This document shows positions 37,301 to 47,600 of a stretch of DNA of 64,000 nucleotides, piece after piece (the stretch's first letter is position 1; the number at the start of each line of letters is the position of its first letter). A program made the position numbers and the translations under genes. The notes under the pieces are model-generated. The model worked only from the letters and a program-made list of their open reading frames with translations. It searched no databases and was not told the origin of the DNA. The stretch lies in IMG/VR virus record IMGVR_UViG_3300028920_000001, positions 362,961 through 426,960 of that record. One strand, given 5' to 3'.

Positions 37301-40082
37301 TGTTCAAGGTAACGTAACTGAGAATTATCCTGCTGGCACTGTTATTGAAGTAGATGATGATCCATATTATGTCGTAGGTTCTACTTATGATACAGATTTC
37401 AATAAAACTAGAGTCGTTATTGCTGGTTCATTTAGTCAAAATTATATTATTCCGGTAACTGCAAGATCAACAAGTCCTATTATATTACCAGCTTTAGGTT
37501 TTTCTACATCTAAGTCTGCTCATCTTGATTATCCTGTTACATTAGTAAAGATGGGTATCACCTTAAGAAAAATTTTGATTAGGGATGTTGATTATTCTAT
37601 TTCTGATGGTGGTACTATCCGATTAACAGAAAATCTCGCTTTTGGTGATGTTCTTTATATCATGTATGTCGGACGGGAGGATTTACCCGCAGAGACTGTC
37701 TTAGATTTAAATTATGCTTTCTACATAGCACCTGCTGAATGGAATAGATTACCAGGTCAAAAATTATATTCTACCTATAATTTATATGCTCCTGATACGT
37801 TTTTCTATCGAGTTGAGACTGTCGATTCATTTTTACCTGAAGCTAATGACTATGTACGTTCTTCAGCTTCTACTGGAGCATCCGGGCCTAATATTTCAGA
37901 TGCATTTTCTAGTTCAACTAAAGATGCAGGTACTGGTAGTCCTTGGTATAACGAGCAACATTTAGCTAATTTAGATACCGTAATGATCAGATTGTTGAAA
38001 TACTACAATGACTTAATTAATATTTATGAGGATATTCTTTCTAATCTAGATGGGCGCATTGTGGGTGGAAATAATGGTAGATTCAGATTTGATGGTAATT
38101 CCCATTTCCGCAAAAGTTATGAAGCAATTAGGAATGATATTGATGACAAATATGTATTTCGTAGTAATTATGAATTAATTGATTTTTGGAAATATGAAGA
38201 AATTCCAGAATATTTAATTATGGCAGTACCAAGTTCTATTTCGAGACTATTCTCGACTTTATTTAATGCTGGAGCATATATTATTGGAGACAGGACAGGT
38301 ACTGATTATTACGAAGAAGTTATTGGTTCATATGGAATTGAAAATTTAAGAGCTGTTGGTACTTCACAAAATGCAAAAGCAAATCATTTCTTCACATCAG
38401 GTGCAGCTGGGATTTCTACTAGTATAGAACTCACTCCTCAAAATGGAGATCCGATTAACTTATTACCAGCGTTTTCAAGTAGTGATAATGAAGTAGATAT
38501 TTATACTTATGACGGAGTTTTAGTTGATACATATACCGTTAATTCAGTAAGTGGTACCACTCTTGTTTTAGATGCCGCACCTCCTCTTGATAAAGGAAGT
38601 GTGTTATTGAAGGATCCAATAGGCACATATGAACCTGGTGCTGATTTTGAGGTAAACCTCGAGACAGGTCAAATTATCAATCATAATAGAGATGATGGTG
38701 GAGATACTTCATTATTACTCGGGGATCAGATTATAGTTTCTCCTTTATTAATTAATGACCCTGGTTTGGATCCAAAACGGATTCCTGTGTTGGATGGCTT
38801 AGAGGCTAACGACAGTGGGAGAATTCCGGAACCTAGGCTGAAAAGGAAAGCTGAATTTAATGCAATTAATGATGAATTAACTACTTTTAGTAATTATCTT
38901 TCATTCGGAACAGTAGCTGCAGACAAAATTACTGTTACTGGTTCCAATATTGGTTCGTTATTTAATGTTGGGGATATCATTAGATGGTTGGATGGCCCTA
39001 ATGCTGGATTTCAAAGGAGAATTATAAATACTCCTGTGGCTGACAGCTTTGTGTTAAATGTAGCGCTTCCATTTGTTGATTCAACGGGAAGTACATTTCA
39101 AGTCGGGTCTGCACTAGTTACTGTATTCGGGAATCAGCTTACTGGCAATAATATTGGGAACAATTTTGCAGTTGCTAATAAACTGGAATTCATGAATGGC
39201 CCTAATATTCATCTTGAATTAACAGTATCTACGATTGTCGATTCTGAAAACATAATTGTTACTGCATCAGGAGGATCACTAATTGATGATCCCACAGCCA
39301 GAGAAATAGGATTTCAGATTGAATGGGCCGTTAGTAATGGCCGTACCCCAATAGTAGAAACTACTACTTCTATCGTAGCTAGAGAGATTGGATTATTATC
39401 TGGTAATGCAGATATCTCTCCATCCACATCTTTAGCTCAAATAAGCACAATAAATTCGGAATTAATCAGTGCAGATTTGATAATTACTTCTTATGGGGAA
39501 GTGATTGTTTCAGGTACTGGAACAGTTACATCTACTGTTCTAACTGATGCTACCGCTGATTTTACTTTAGCCGGCGTAAATTCTTCTTCTTTAGTTTACA
39601 TCCCATCTGGGAGCAATCTTGGGTTGTATCGGGTTTATTCGGTTACTGCTACTACTATTACGATTGTGTCCAGTGATCCATGGACAACCTTCCCTGCACC
39701 TGGTACAGTTGACTATCAGATAATTCAACCTGAATCCTTTTTAGATTCAGAGCAATTTGGAGTTGTGTCAGAATTTATGCGTGAAACTTTAGATTTTTAT
39801 CTTAATACTATTTCTTGGTATTCTTCAATTTCAATTAATAATACTCTGGCTAGAACTAATGAAATTGTTGCCAGGCAATCTCAGATAACTGATTTTATTG
39901 GAGAAATTGAAAATATACTCATTAGTGGACTTTATGATGTGAGGTACTTATGGATTCAACAGAGAACAAATCGGAGAATTGGGACACTAGCACAAAAACT
40001 GAGCACGGAGGAACAAACACAAGAGAATCTTCAACAAATCAAGTCAGATCAGAAAAAGTTGGTTCTAATGGATCAACTATGA
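34344..40082 (+). CDS. Large virion structural protein (baseplate/fibre-associated, beta-rich)
   Basis: 1912-aa acidic, Ser/Thr/Val/Ile-rich ORF in the baseplate operon; no specific family recognised. Confidence 0.6.
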   Translation: MSTFDRSGALLEGIRISSGNNGLTFPPHSVISNSNIFDGIVERTEYAILADSLDPTKFDLEIADPDLIFRWVKNSTGINRFDYSQFSNRFLPLPGGPPTELGEIGNSPRLSVTPPDTNKLIESPIDIYIFNSTSRLVTFNIQYVGADVDFSDPITLAIGIVELSLATGNLNFSNIDIQLYEGKIVSSQSQNFLDRRNATGIIGQLSSSSSEEYYLFLNPKPSSNSWPRVRIDFGPYLTPISVPNEGSLGSPVTGTFTWSLDTGRVRFSDFDVDSNSGKNIYYDGLTQDSIQFTRVSISISGSGGKNDPVFTIPNIGTDDGQIHLDSDASVDAERFVIFAEEIDYDSVSDENHTLSGSDKVSLNSSGVVISSIQVLSQDHTTIYKGPTDLNPDFLIAAGPTSERPKIYRTSTSQIEDSETVAVFYDTVETDRYYWIVVLTEGEPSGTTTGRAYLDIETGDVYMTSRDLRTTSGKSYYYFDSVLEIENGSAVQFFRSGANGSGRPETSDFWIKYKVEDQLIVDNIGPFPFVTVPTVPIVDASLTYTVDGNKGFTGELNAGGDPNTEGLCYFLDLAARQFSFAERRQTEYELQKDASFIKFDNVMLSEDGLLIKIDGQDTTPGTDYSFDPTTGVIEFTTPVGENDPGNRSGILGRVVMPNAFIVDNDTFSISDVGKFLLISTGDNEGLYYIASAGTNSVVVTPDFISAGSVTADIKSRPEVLVDRIWAALNPPYKQFSLSRADSAAGPFTELEKSEFSVQENVAQIGLKTAANPGEVFSITYVALITDDNGATYTEENRTERALFKIRQETAISTVGSNKVAFNPNGKTVSTDRQIDCYVNGIVLDPDEGEFSFTPPGTLTLDRKIEDQTVIVNYWVEEASGGETSFNLQADQIKLDRPEINESEQTATFNGDQTNYITNGSVFFIELVEILVVSSVSYNSLDDVTVVTFETKPTISTTGSDILVSQPVTLEEETYNVDIIPEGTNVLSVQGNVTENYPAGTVIEVDDDPYYVVGSTYDTDFNKTRVVIAGSFSQNYIIPVTARSTSPIILPALGFSTSKSAHLDYPVTLVKMGITLRKILIRDVDYSISDGGTIRLTENLAFGDVLYIMYVGREDLPAETVLDLNYAFYIAPAEWNRLPGQKLYSTYNLYAPDTFFYRVETVDSFLPEANDYVRSSASTGASGPNISDAFSSSTKDAGTGSPWYNEQHLANLDTVMIRLLKYYNDLINIYEDILSNLDGRIVGGNNGRFRFDGNSHFRKSYEAIRNDIDDKYVFRSNYELIDFWKYEEIPEYLIMAVPSSISRLFSTLFNAGAYIIGDRTGTDYYEEVIGSYGIENLRAVGTSQNAKANHFFTSGAAGISTSIELTPQNGDPINLLPAFSSSDNEVDIYTYDGVLVDTYTVNSVSGTTLVLDAAPPLDKGSVLLKDPIGTYEPGADFEVNLETGQIINHNRDDGGDTSLLLGDQIIVSPLLINDPGLDPKRIPVLDGLEANDSGRIPEPRLKRKAEFNAINDELTTFSNYLSFGTVAADKITVTGSNIGSLFNVGDIIRWLDGPNAGFQRRIINTPVADSFVLNVALPFVDSTGSTFQVGSALVTVFGNQLTGNNIGNNFAVANKLEFMNGPNIHLELTVSTIVDSENIIVTASGGSLIDDPTAREIGFQIEWAVSNGRTPIVETTTSIVAREIGLLSGNADISPSTSLAQISTINSELISADLIITSYGEVIVSGTGTVTSTVLTDATADFTLAGVNSSSLVYIPSGSNLGLYRVYSVTATTITIVSSDPWTTFPAPGTVDYQIIQPESFLDSEQFGVVSEFMRETLDFYLNTISWYSSISINNTLARTNEIVARQSQITDFIGEIENILISGLYDVRYLWIQQRTNRRIGTLAQKLSTEEQTQENLQQIKSDQKKLVLMDQL

Positions 40083-40234
40083 ACAGACCGAAGTGGATTC
40101 ATGATCAGGACATTGGGGTCCAGGGATTAAGAGATTCATTAGAATTGATCCAAGGACAGATAATGGAAGTAGTGAAAGAAGAACAGCAGAAGCTACAGAG
40201 ATATCGGAAAGTATTGAAAAGGTTCAAAAAATAA
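40079..40234 (+). CDS. Small coiled-coil protein (51 aa)
   Basis: In-frame ATG at 40079 overlaps the upstream TGA; MNRPKWIHDQ…LQRYRKVLKRFKK fills the gap exactly. Confidence 0.55.
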   Translation: MNRPKWIHDQDIGVQGLRDSLELIQGQIMEVVKEEQQKLQRYRKVLKRFKK

Positions 40235-42700
40235 GTGGCTAGTTGGCGTACCATAGAGTTTGAGTTTGATTTACTCAAGCCTTTACGACCTCCATTAGAG
40301 GCCGTTCTTTCTTTTTTGGAAGCTATTGAAGCCATCCTGGAAGCTTTATTAGATCTAATCAAAGTTTTCCTTGCTGATATTTTGAATCCTATTCGTGCTA
40401 TTGTTGCTGCTTTATTAGCTGCACTTCGGGCAATTATAAATCAAATTGCTAGCACCGGATTTTCCATGTTGCTAGTTTATCCTGATTTTAGTCAACCGGA
40501 TTTTGCAGGTGTGTTAAATTCGGTATCGGGTGCATATCCCGGATTTGAATCTAAAGTAATTAATAAATTTTATGATACAAACGATATTTTTAGACCGCAG
40601 TACGGCCCCGGCATGACTGTGGGGATGATTGTTTTATATCTAGGTGCTGATTCACCTGGAGATATTATTTCTCAAATTTTTGCTTTAATCGCGTTATTTA
40701 AACAGCCAATTAAATTTGGGCTTCCGGCTCCTGTTAATGTCAGGGCAGTTCCTATTACTCAAGGAGGAGATGCAGCTACTCAGTTCCGTGCTTTATTTGA
40801 ACCTGGTTTAGAACAAGCAATTCAATTAGAGTGGGATATGCCTACTGGTCCTTCAGGATCTTCAGCTGGAGGATTTGCTGGGCAACTTACTTCTATGTAT
40901 AATTCTTTTACATTTCCGAATTTTATTATTGAACGCACTGGGCCTTTTCCTCCAGATGGTGACGAGCCTCTTGATCCTCGTGGTGAAGTAGTTAAAAGAA
41001 GGATTCAGACTCAGACTTTAGGAAAAACTGTCGAGCTTTCTATCGAGAAATATAATCTTCCTAAACCAAACAATCTTCTACCAATAAGAGAAGAAGATGG
41101 ATCGGTTTTTCGTTATTTTCCAACCAAGTTTGCAATTAGATTTGGGGCGGATGGTGAATCTACGATTAATGAAGACAAAGGTGATACAACTAGTGCATTT
41201 TCATCTACTATTAATTTAGTTAGAGGTCGTTTATCTGGAACTTATCGATACTTAGATGACGATGAGAATTTAGTTGCAGGTAAGACCTATTATTACAGAA
41301 TTCGAGCATTTTTCGGAGATCCCAAACAATACATAACTTGGACTAAGGATGACTTAGAAAATGAGGACTTGGTTGATTTAGTTCAGGATCTTGGTCAATG
41401 GAAGCTCGCTCCTGCTCCTGAATTAACTTTGAGTAAACCTAGTCCAGTAATAAGTGGATTTGTTCCTAGAAAAGCTGAAGAAAAGACTTTTAAGCCTTAT
41501 CAGGATATTTATAATGCAGTTCGAGCTGGACTGCTTCTGAATTTTGAATTACCACCTGCTTTTCCTCAAAGACCTCCTACGGCATTAATTCCTGAGGAAA
41601 TTCCTGAGGCTGGAACTCGAGCTTATGAATTATATCAGCTCAGTCTTCCACCTGAGCAAACTATTTTTAGATCAGAACAAATGACAGGGTGGGGAACGCT
41701 TGGTGTATTAGCTGGGCCGATTTCAGTTCTTAAATCTTCTTCGGATTCTGCTGAATTAATTAATAGTCTGGTTTTTAATGCTGCTGCTCGGAGATTAGCT
41801 AATCGTTCTCTCGAGATTATAGCTAATCAACCATTTCTCGAGGATATGTTAGCTGATAAATGGGATGGTGTTAGAGAAACAGTTAATAATTTAATTGAAA
41901 CTGCTGAAGCAGTAACTTATGATAACGACGGTAATCTTAAACTTGGGGCGGTTTGGAATTTTCCTACAGTTATAGGTGGTATTACAACTCAATCAGCTTA
42001 CGTAATTGATCAATATTTAAATCAAGAAGAAAATTATGCTGGTCCAATTGATGAATATAATGGACCTTTTCCTGTCGTGCCTCCTGGGAGCGAGATTGAT
42101 CGTGGAACTGGAGCAGAACCCCAACCTTTAGTTCCTTCATATGAACGATTTACATTTGTTGGTACTGAAGAAAGGGCTGATCTCGCTGCTTTTCTAAGAA
42201 CAGCTTTAGCATTTGGTGGGGCGGGTGGTTATCTTTCCTGGTATTCGATTACTATAGGAGATTTTTTCCCTGCCTTGATTCCTATGTTGCGTGATTTTGA
42301 GCAGTGGCTTTTAGCACTTTTGAAGGCCATTGAAAGTGCAGTTAAAGAAATTACTGACATAATCGAGAATATTATTAAGAAAATACGAGTATTGATGAGA
42401 TTTGTTGAAATGTTGATTGAGCTTACTAAAATTCTCAACATTCGTTTGGTTGCTAGTTTGCTTACAGTTGGTCCAATCCAAGGCAGTGTTGATACTTTAG
42501 TTCAACAGTTGCAAACATCTGAAGATAAGCCAGGTGATTCTCCTTATGGACTTCATTCTGGGTTGGTTATGACATTTGGTGTTCCAGGGCAAGGTCTGAT
42601 AGCAGCTTTTGATACTTTGATTTATTTGTTGACGTTTGGATCTCAGAAAAATGTTGCCAGTGACGCTGCAGGTTTTGATGTATCAATTACGGCAGGATAA
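40235..42700 (+). CDS. Hypothetical virion protein with N- and C-terminal amphipathic helical segments
   Basis: 821-aa GTG-start ORF, TAATG-coupled to the next gene. Confidence 0.6.
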   Translation: MASWRTIEFEFDLLKPLRPPLEAVLSFLEAIEAILEALLDLIKVFLADILNPIRAIVAALLAALRAIINQIASTGFSMLLVYPDFSQPDFAGVLNSVSGAYPGFESKVINKFYDTNDIFRPQYGPGMTVGMIVLYLGADSPGDIISQIFALIALFKQPIKFGLPAPVNVRAVPITQGGDAATQFRALFEPGLEQAIQLEWDMPTGPSGSSAGGFAGQLTSMYNSFTFPNFIIERTGPFPPDGDEPLDPRGEVVKRRIQTQTLGKTVELSIEKYNLPKPNNLLPIREEDGSVFRYFPTKFAIRFGADGESTINEDKGDTTSAFSSTINLVRGRLSGTYRYLDDDENLVAGKTYYYRIRAFFGDPKQYITWTKDDLENEDLVDLVQDLGQWKLAPAPELTLSKPSPVISGFVPRKAEEKTFKPYQDIYNAVRAGLLLNFELPPAFPQRPPTALIPEEIPEAGTRAYELYQLSLPPEQTIFRSEQMTGWGTLGVLAGPISVLKSSSDSAELINSLVFNAAARRLANRSLEIIANQPFLEDMLADKWDGVRETVNNLIETAEAVTYDNDGNLKLGAVWNFPTVIGGITTQSAYVIDQYLNQEENYAGPIDEYNGPFPVVPPGSEIDRGTGAEPQPLVPSYERFTFVGTEERADLAAFLRTALAFGGAGGYLSWYSITIGDFFPALIPMLRDFEQWLLALLKAIESAVKEITDIIENIIKKIRVLMRFVEMLIELTKILNIRLVASLLTVGPIQGSVDTLVQQLQTSEDKPGDSPYGLHSGLVMTFGVPGQGLIAAFDTLIYLLTFGSQKNVASDAAGFDVSITAG

Positions 42701-43407
42701 TGGCGTTTAATTTTTTTGGTACTTTTACTATAGCTCAGTGGGAAGCTTTTAAAGCTTTCACAGCTATACAAGAATATGATTTAATTGCTCGAAAAGACTG
42801 GCTCGAAAAGCAATTAAATAATAACGGAAAGTTTACCACTATCTATGATGGCAATAATCTTCCAGTAAAATTTACGGCTACAGGCTATGCTGGTAAATTG
42901 CTAGAGGCATATCGCATTCTTGGAGGATATCCCGAACGCGAAATGTTATTGAGAACTAGGGATAAACCCGTATTTTTGGTTCGGGATGAAGTCGAAAGAA
43001 GAGATTCAAATGGCACTGTAACTGGAGGATATGGAGAGACTTATTCTAATGGCCGACGTTGGCGCGGTAACATGAGATTTGATAGGGATTTAGGACTATT
43101 CGTTGAAAAGATTAAGGATTGGCAACTCGAATCTATTAAGTTAAAGCGTGAAAAACTGGAATTTAAAATCAAAGCAGCTTTAGATTATTCAGATCAATTA
43201 GAACAAGAAATTGTTAAAATCAATACGGTTATTACTGAACTCGAATTTTGGATTGATTTTGTTGAAGTAAATATGGAATCTAGTGCAACTGATGGGGATG
43301 AATTTGGTCTAAGCATTGGAGAGGTGGCCGAACTGACGAGTGAAAATGCTGGTGATGATATAGCTTCTAAGAATCAGAGGACATTTACCAGAAGTGGGTC
43401 TGTATGA
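42700..43407 (+). CDS. Hypothetical protein (coiled-coil) in baseplate operon
   Basis: 235-aa ORF coupled on both sides. Confidence 0.65.
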   Translation: MAFNFFGTFTIAQWEAFKAFTAIQEYDLIARKDWLEKQLNNNGKFTTIYDGNNLPVKFTATGYAGKLLEAYRILGGYPEREMLLRTRDKPVFLVRDEVERRDSNGTVTGGYGETYSNGRRWRGNMRFDRDLGLFVEKIKDWQLESIKLKREKLEFKIKAALDYSDQLEQEIVKINTVITELEFWIDFVEVNMESSATDGDEFGLSIGEVAELTSENAGDDIASKNQRTFTRSGSV

Positions 43408-44579
43408 GTTACGATTTTGCCACTAATCAGGTTTGTACTCATCAGGTTTTCTTTGAGAAGGTTAATTTAAATAATGTTTCTCATCAGACTGTACAGTTTC
43501 CTTTTACTCCATCTAATTTAAATGATATTGCTGTTTATATAGATAGAGTTAAAGTCCCTAAAACAGGTTTGTATTCTTATGCAGAGCTTCCTCTTTTAAG
43601 TCCAGAACCGTATCGAATTAAGGTTAATCAAAACGATTTGATTTATTTAAGTATTGGTAGTGGTTCCCCTCAATTTTATCAATTAATTCCCGGTTCTAAT
43701 GTTTCTGCCAAAGACTTGGCTCGGCATTTGCAGAAACTTTTCCCAAATTTATATATTTATGTACAAAATAAGCGTGTAATATTTAGATCTAGAGAAAGAG
43801 TAAACAGTAAAGCTTTTCAGTTTCATAATCCTCAATGGACTGATACCACCAGTTCTCTTCCGACTACAGTTAGAACCTTAGCAGCTTATACTACCCTAGG
43901 AATCAATCCAGGTAGAATAGCGGCAGGAAGAAGATTGTTTCCCGGTTGGTCGATTGAAAGAGTTCCTACTTCACCAATTGATACTGATCGGCGTATCAAA
44001 TTCAATGATCCCTTGCCTAATAGTATTCCATTAATTGAAATTAACTATACGACTGACGCAAGAAATTGCAGGCGATGTCATGGATCAAAGATGGAATTCG
44101 ATTATGCAATTTTAAATAATACGTATGAAGAGGTTAGGGATGTTAACTTATTGGCTCAGGAATTTGACAAATTCTTAATTACTAAGATTGGATCTCATTG
44201 GAAATGGCCTTGGCTCGGTTCTGGTTTGGTGGACAGAATTGGAGGTAAAGGCTCAACTGGAGGGATATCTGCTACATCCTTAATTACAGTAGATGTCAAT
44301 CAGGCTTTTAAGACTTATCAGAATATAAAACAACAACAAGAACAGGGATTTCCGCAGGCTCAGGTATCTGATGGCGAATTCCCACTCAAATTGGCTAACC
44401 TGGATGTTCAATCTCTGCCGAATGATCCAACCGTGGCTATTGTTTCCGGCACCATTGTTAGTAGGAGTCGAGTCCCGGTTGAGAATATTAGGGTGGTTGG
44501 AGATCCGAGTCCTTTCATTCTTCAAAATGATCCGGTCTCTCGACTCGCAATTACTACCGGTCTCAGGTTTAGGGGCTAG
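43404..44579 (+). CDS. Baseplate wedge / sheath-initiator (gp25-like C-terminal domain)
   Basis: LLAQEFDKFLITKIGSHWKWPWLGSGL… followed by a beta segment; CRRC motif; upstream of the J-like gene. Confidence 0.6.
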   Translation: MSYDFATNQVCTHQVFFEKVNLNNVSHQTVQFPFTPSNLNDIAVYIDRVKVPKTGLYSYAELPLLSPEPYRIKVNQNDLIYLSIGSGSPQFYQLIPGSNVSAKDLARHLQKLFPNLYIYVQNKRVIFRSRERVNSKAFQFHNPQWTDTTSSLPTTVRTLAAYTTLGINPGRIAAGRRLFPGWSIERVPTSPIDTDRRIKFNDPLPNSIPLIEINYTTDARNCRRCHGSKMEFDYAILNNTYEEVRDVNLLAQEFDKFLITKIGSHWKWPWLGSGLVDRIGGKGSTGGISATSLITVDVNQAFKTYQNIKQQQEQGFPQAQVSDGEFPLKLANLDVQSLPNDPTVAIVSGTIVSRSRVPVENIRVVGDPSPFILQNDPVSRLAITTGLRFRG

Positions 44580-44613
44580 TTTTAAGGTTTCAGTTGTCGT
44601 ATAGTGGTATAAT

Positions 44614-47600
44614 ATGGCGACCGCACCTCAAATTAGTCTTCCGGATGGATCTGGTACTACAACCAATCTAAATCTTACTAGTAATTCTTTTGATTTCATT
44701 TTTACAGGAGAAGTTGATTCTAATGTCATTGATATCCAGATCAATATTAATGGAGCAGGGTTTGTTTCTAATCCTAGTTTAATTGAGTTATCTCTTCCTA
44801 ATTTTACTATTCCAAATTTATCCGCTTCCCCAAGCGGTCTGATGCTCGAGAAGGGATTGAATACCATCCAACTTCGGGCTATAGACATAGCTGGCAATGT
44901 AAGCCCAGTTTCTACTATCATTGTTAGAATAATTCCAATTAATCAATTTGAACAAATTTTTCCTGCACCTACAGCTATTCGAATGGAAAGATACGCAGAG
45001 CATATTATTTTAAGTTGGAATTCACTTCAAAATCCAGAAGAGGACTTCGTATTTTCAGGGATTAATTTTAATCCCACTCTAATAGGTTATAATATTTATG
45101 CTTCAACTGAATCTGGAGGTTCGGGATCTGGTTATTTAAGAGTCAATCGAGAAACTATTTCAACTGATTCACCTACTAAGACTACTGAAGAAGAACTTCC
45201 TGCTGATATTGTTAGTATTGAATTCGAAGATCCTACTTCAGAAGCTAACAATCTTCATGATTTGGTTATTGATACTAATATTGTTGATAATATAACTAAT
45301 GAATTAGTTGAGCCTACTTCTTCTAATCAAATTCAGCTCGGGATAGCCCCGAAATATCGAATGAATATCAATATCATTCCTATTCGAGAGATAAAATTAT
45401 ATGAATTCAGGCACAATCGAGATGATGGAGTTGGGAACGGAATCTTAAATTCGGATACATTTTCAATTATTTCTTCCGAAGATCCTCTCTATTATGTAGT
45501 TACTGCTTTATATTATGATAAAGCAAATGGTCAAATTCAAGAAAGTCGTTTCTCGGCAGAAATGTCTGGAGCTCCGTTGCCTCTAGATACCACCATTCGT
45601 GGAATTAGAATTAGAGAGCAAGATATTGTAGCACGAGATTATATTAGAGAAGTTAATGAAGCTCAGCCTACATTATCTTTAATTCCAGGGTCTACAGTTC
45701 GCGAAGTGCATATTGAGCCATTTTCGAATGAAGCTCAAAAAGCGTACTTTTTAATGGATTGGATTCATCGATCCAAGTCATTTGCAGCAATGTTAGCAAT
45801 TGATGATCCTAATCTAACAGGAACTAGTATTGCAGTTTCAAGTTCTAACTACAAACAAAATTTACGAGCGGCTTTGAATTTAAGTAGTGATGCTGCAGTG
45901 CAAGCGTTGATTGATAATTCATTTGATTCATTGGCTCAGAATTTTGGAGAAGAAAGACAAAATCGACGTCCTGCTAAAGTAACTCAAACTTTCTATACTA
46001 CGAGTCCTCCCTCCAAGGACCTAATTATTTCGCAGAACGCTATTGTTGCATCGTCTATCAATAATATAGCTCCTAGGTTTAGAGCCCGAGCTTCATCTGT
46101 ATTCGATTCAGATAACCCGCAGGCTTATTACAATCCAATTAGTCGGCGGTATGAGATTAAAGTACAGATGGTTGCCGAAGACCCGGGAGCCTTTGGTAAT
46201 ATTCCTGCTAATACATTAGATACGATTGTATCAGGTGCTACTGGATTTCAAACTGTAAATGAAGAAGCTGCGCGATTCGGTCGAGATAAACAGAGCAATC
46301 TAGGTTTAGCTGAGGCGGCATCTCGGGTACTTTCTGGACTCGATACAGGAACTGAAGGAGGTTATCTTAGAACAGCTTTAGGGACCCCTGAAGTTTTGGA
46401 AGCTCGAGTTGTTAAATCCGGTGATCCGGATATGATGCGTGACTATGATGATATTAGAGGAAAACATATTGGTGGAAAGGTTGATGTTTGGGTTAAAGGT
46501 ATAACTGAGAGAACTGTATCCGAAACTTTTGCATTCCAATTTGAAGTTGCTAGAAATGTTAGATTTGATGTTATTGATGCAATAAATCTGATTTTCCGGG
46601 CTCGGGATTCTAGATTGAGTGAAAATAATCCGATTGCGGAAATGCTCTACAATCCTTCACAAGGGTTTGGTCTTCGTAATCAGTCTATTAGTCCTACTGA
46701 AGAATACGACCTTACTGGTGTATCCATTATTGATTATCAAACCATTGCTTTAAGTACGTCTATTCCTCAGCCTACTACTTTAGTAGATGATTTTGTGGAA
46801 GGTGACTATCGGTTCCGCAGTAACAATAAATTTATTTCTACTTATCAACCTATTCGACGAATTACTTCAGTTATAGGCGAAACTTCCGGAGCTTTAGATA
46901 CGACAGACGGATTCACTCTTTTTAAGACTGAAGACCCATTATTATATGGGGAAAGTACCCAGGCTAGTGATTATGTAGAAATTAATCAGATTGATGATAT
47001 TCCATCCGGGGATACTGTTGCAGTGAGTAATGAACAGCATGTAATGGTTGGCCAATTTGAGGAGCCATTAAATTCAGTCGGGATCAACATTTTTACAATT
47101 GCGGTTTATAATCAGGATAGAACAATTCAATACAAGGGACCAACTGATTCTGATCCAGATTATTTGATTGTTGGAGGGTCTCAGACTGAGCCAGTTCGTT
47201 TACTTAGATCTACAGATACTAATATTGAAAATGGTGATACTATTTCAGTTGATTACGAGAAAGATGAAAATTTTGTAATTACTTATGTTATTAATGATGT
47301 TCTTCAGCACGTGCAAGATTTATACAGTCAGATGCGACATACAACTGCTGATGTGATTGTTAAGCAAGCAATTGAGAATCCATTATTGACTGAGGCAACA
47401 GTTCAATTATTGGCTAATGCTGAACAAAGCACAACTGATTCCGATATCCGAACAAATGTTACAGTTTTGACTACCAATAAAGGTGTTGGTAATTCTGTTC
47501 GTCAGTCTGATATGGTAGCTGTCATTGATGATTCCAAAGGTGTGGATTTTGTAGTTCAACCGTTCTCGGTTTTTACTTTAAATGATAATGCTCTTAGAAT

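Noticed and set aside
44605-44613. Perfect extended -10 element TGGTATAAT
   Set aside because: It directly abuts the ATG at 44614, leaving no room for a start site upstream of the gene, and no -35 element is present.
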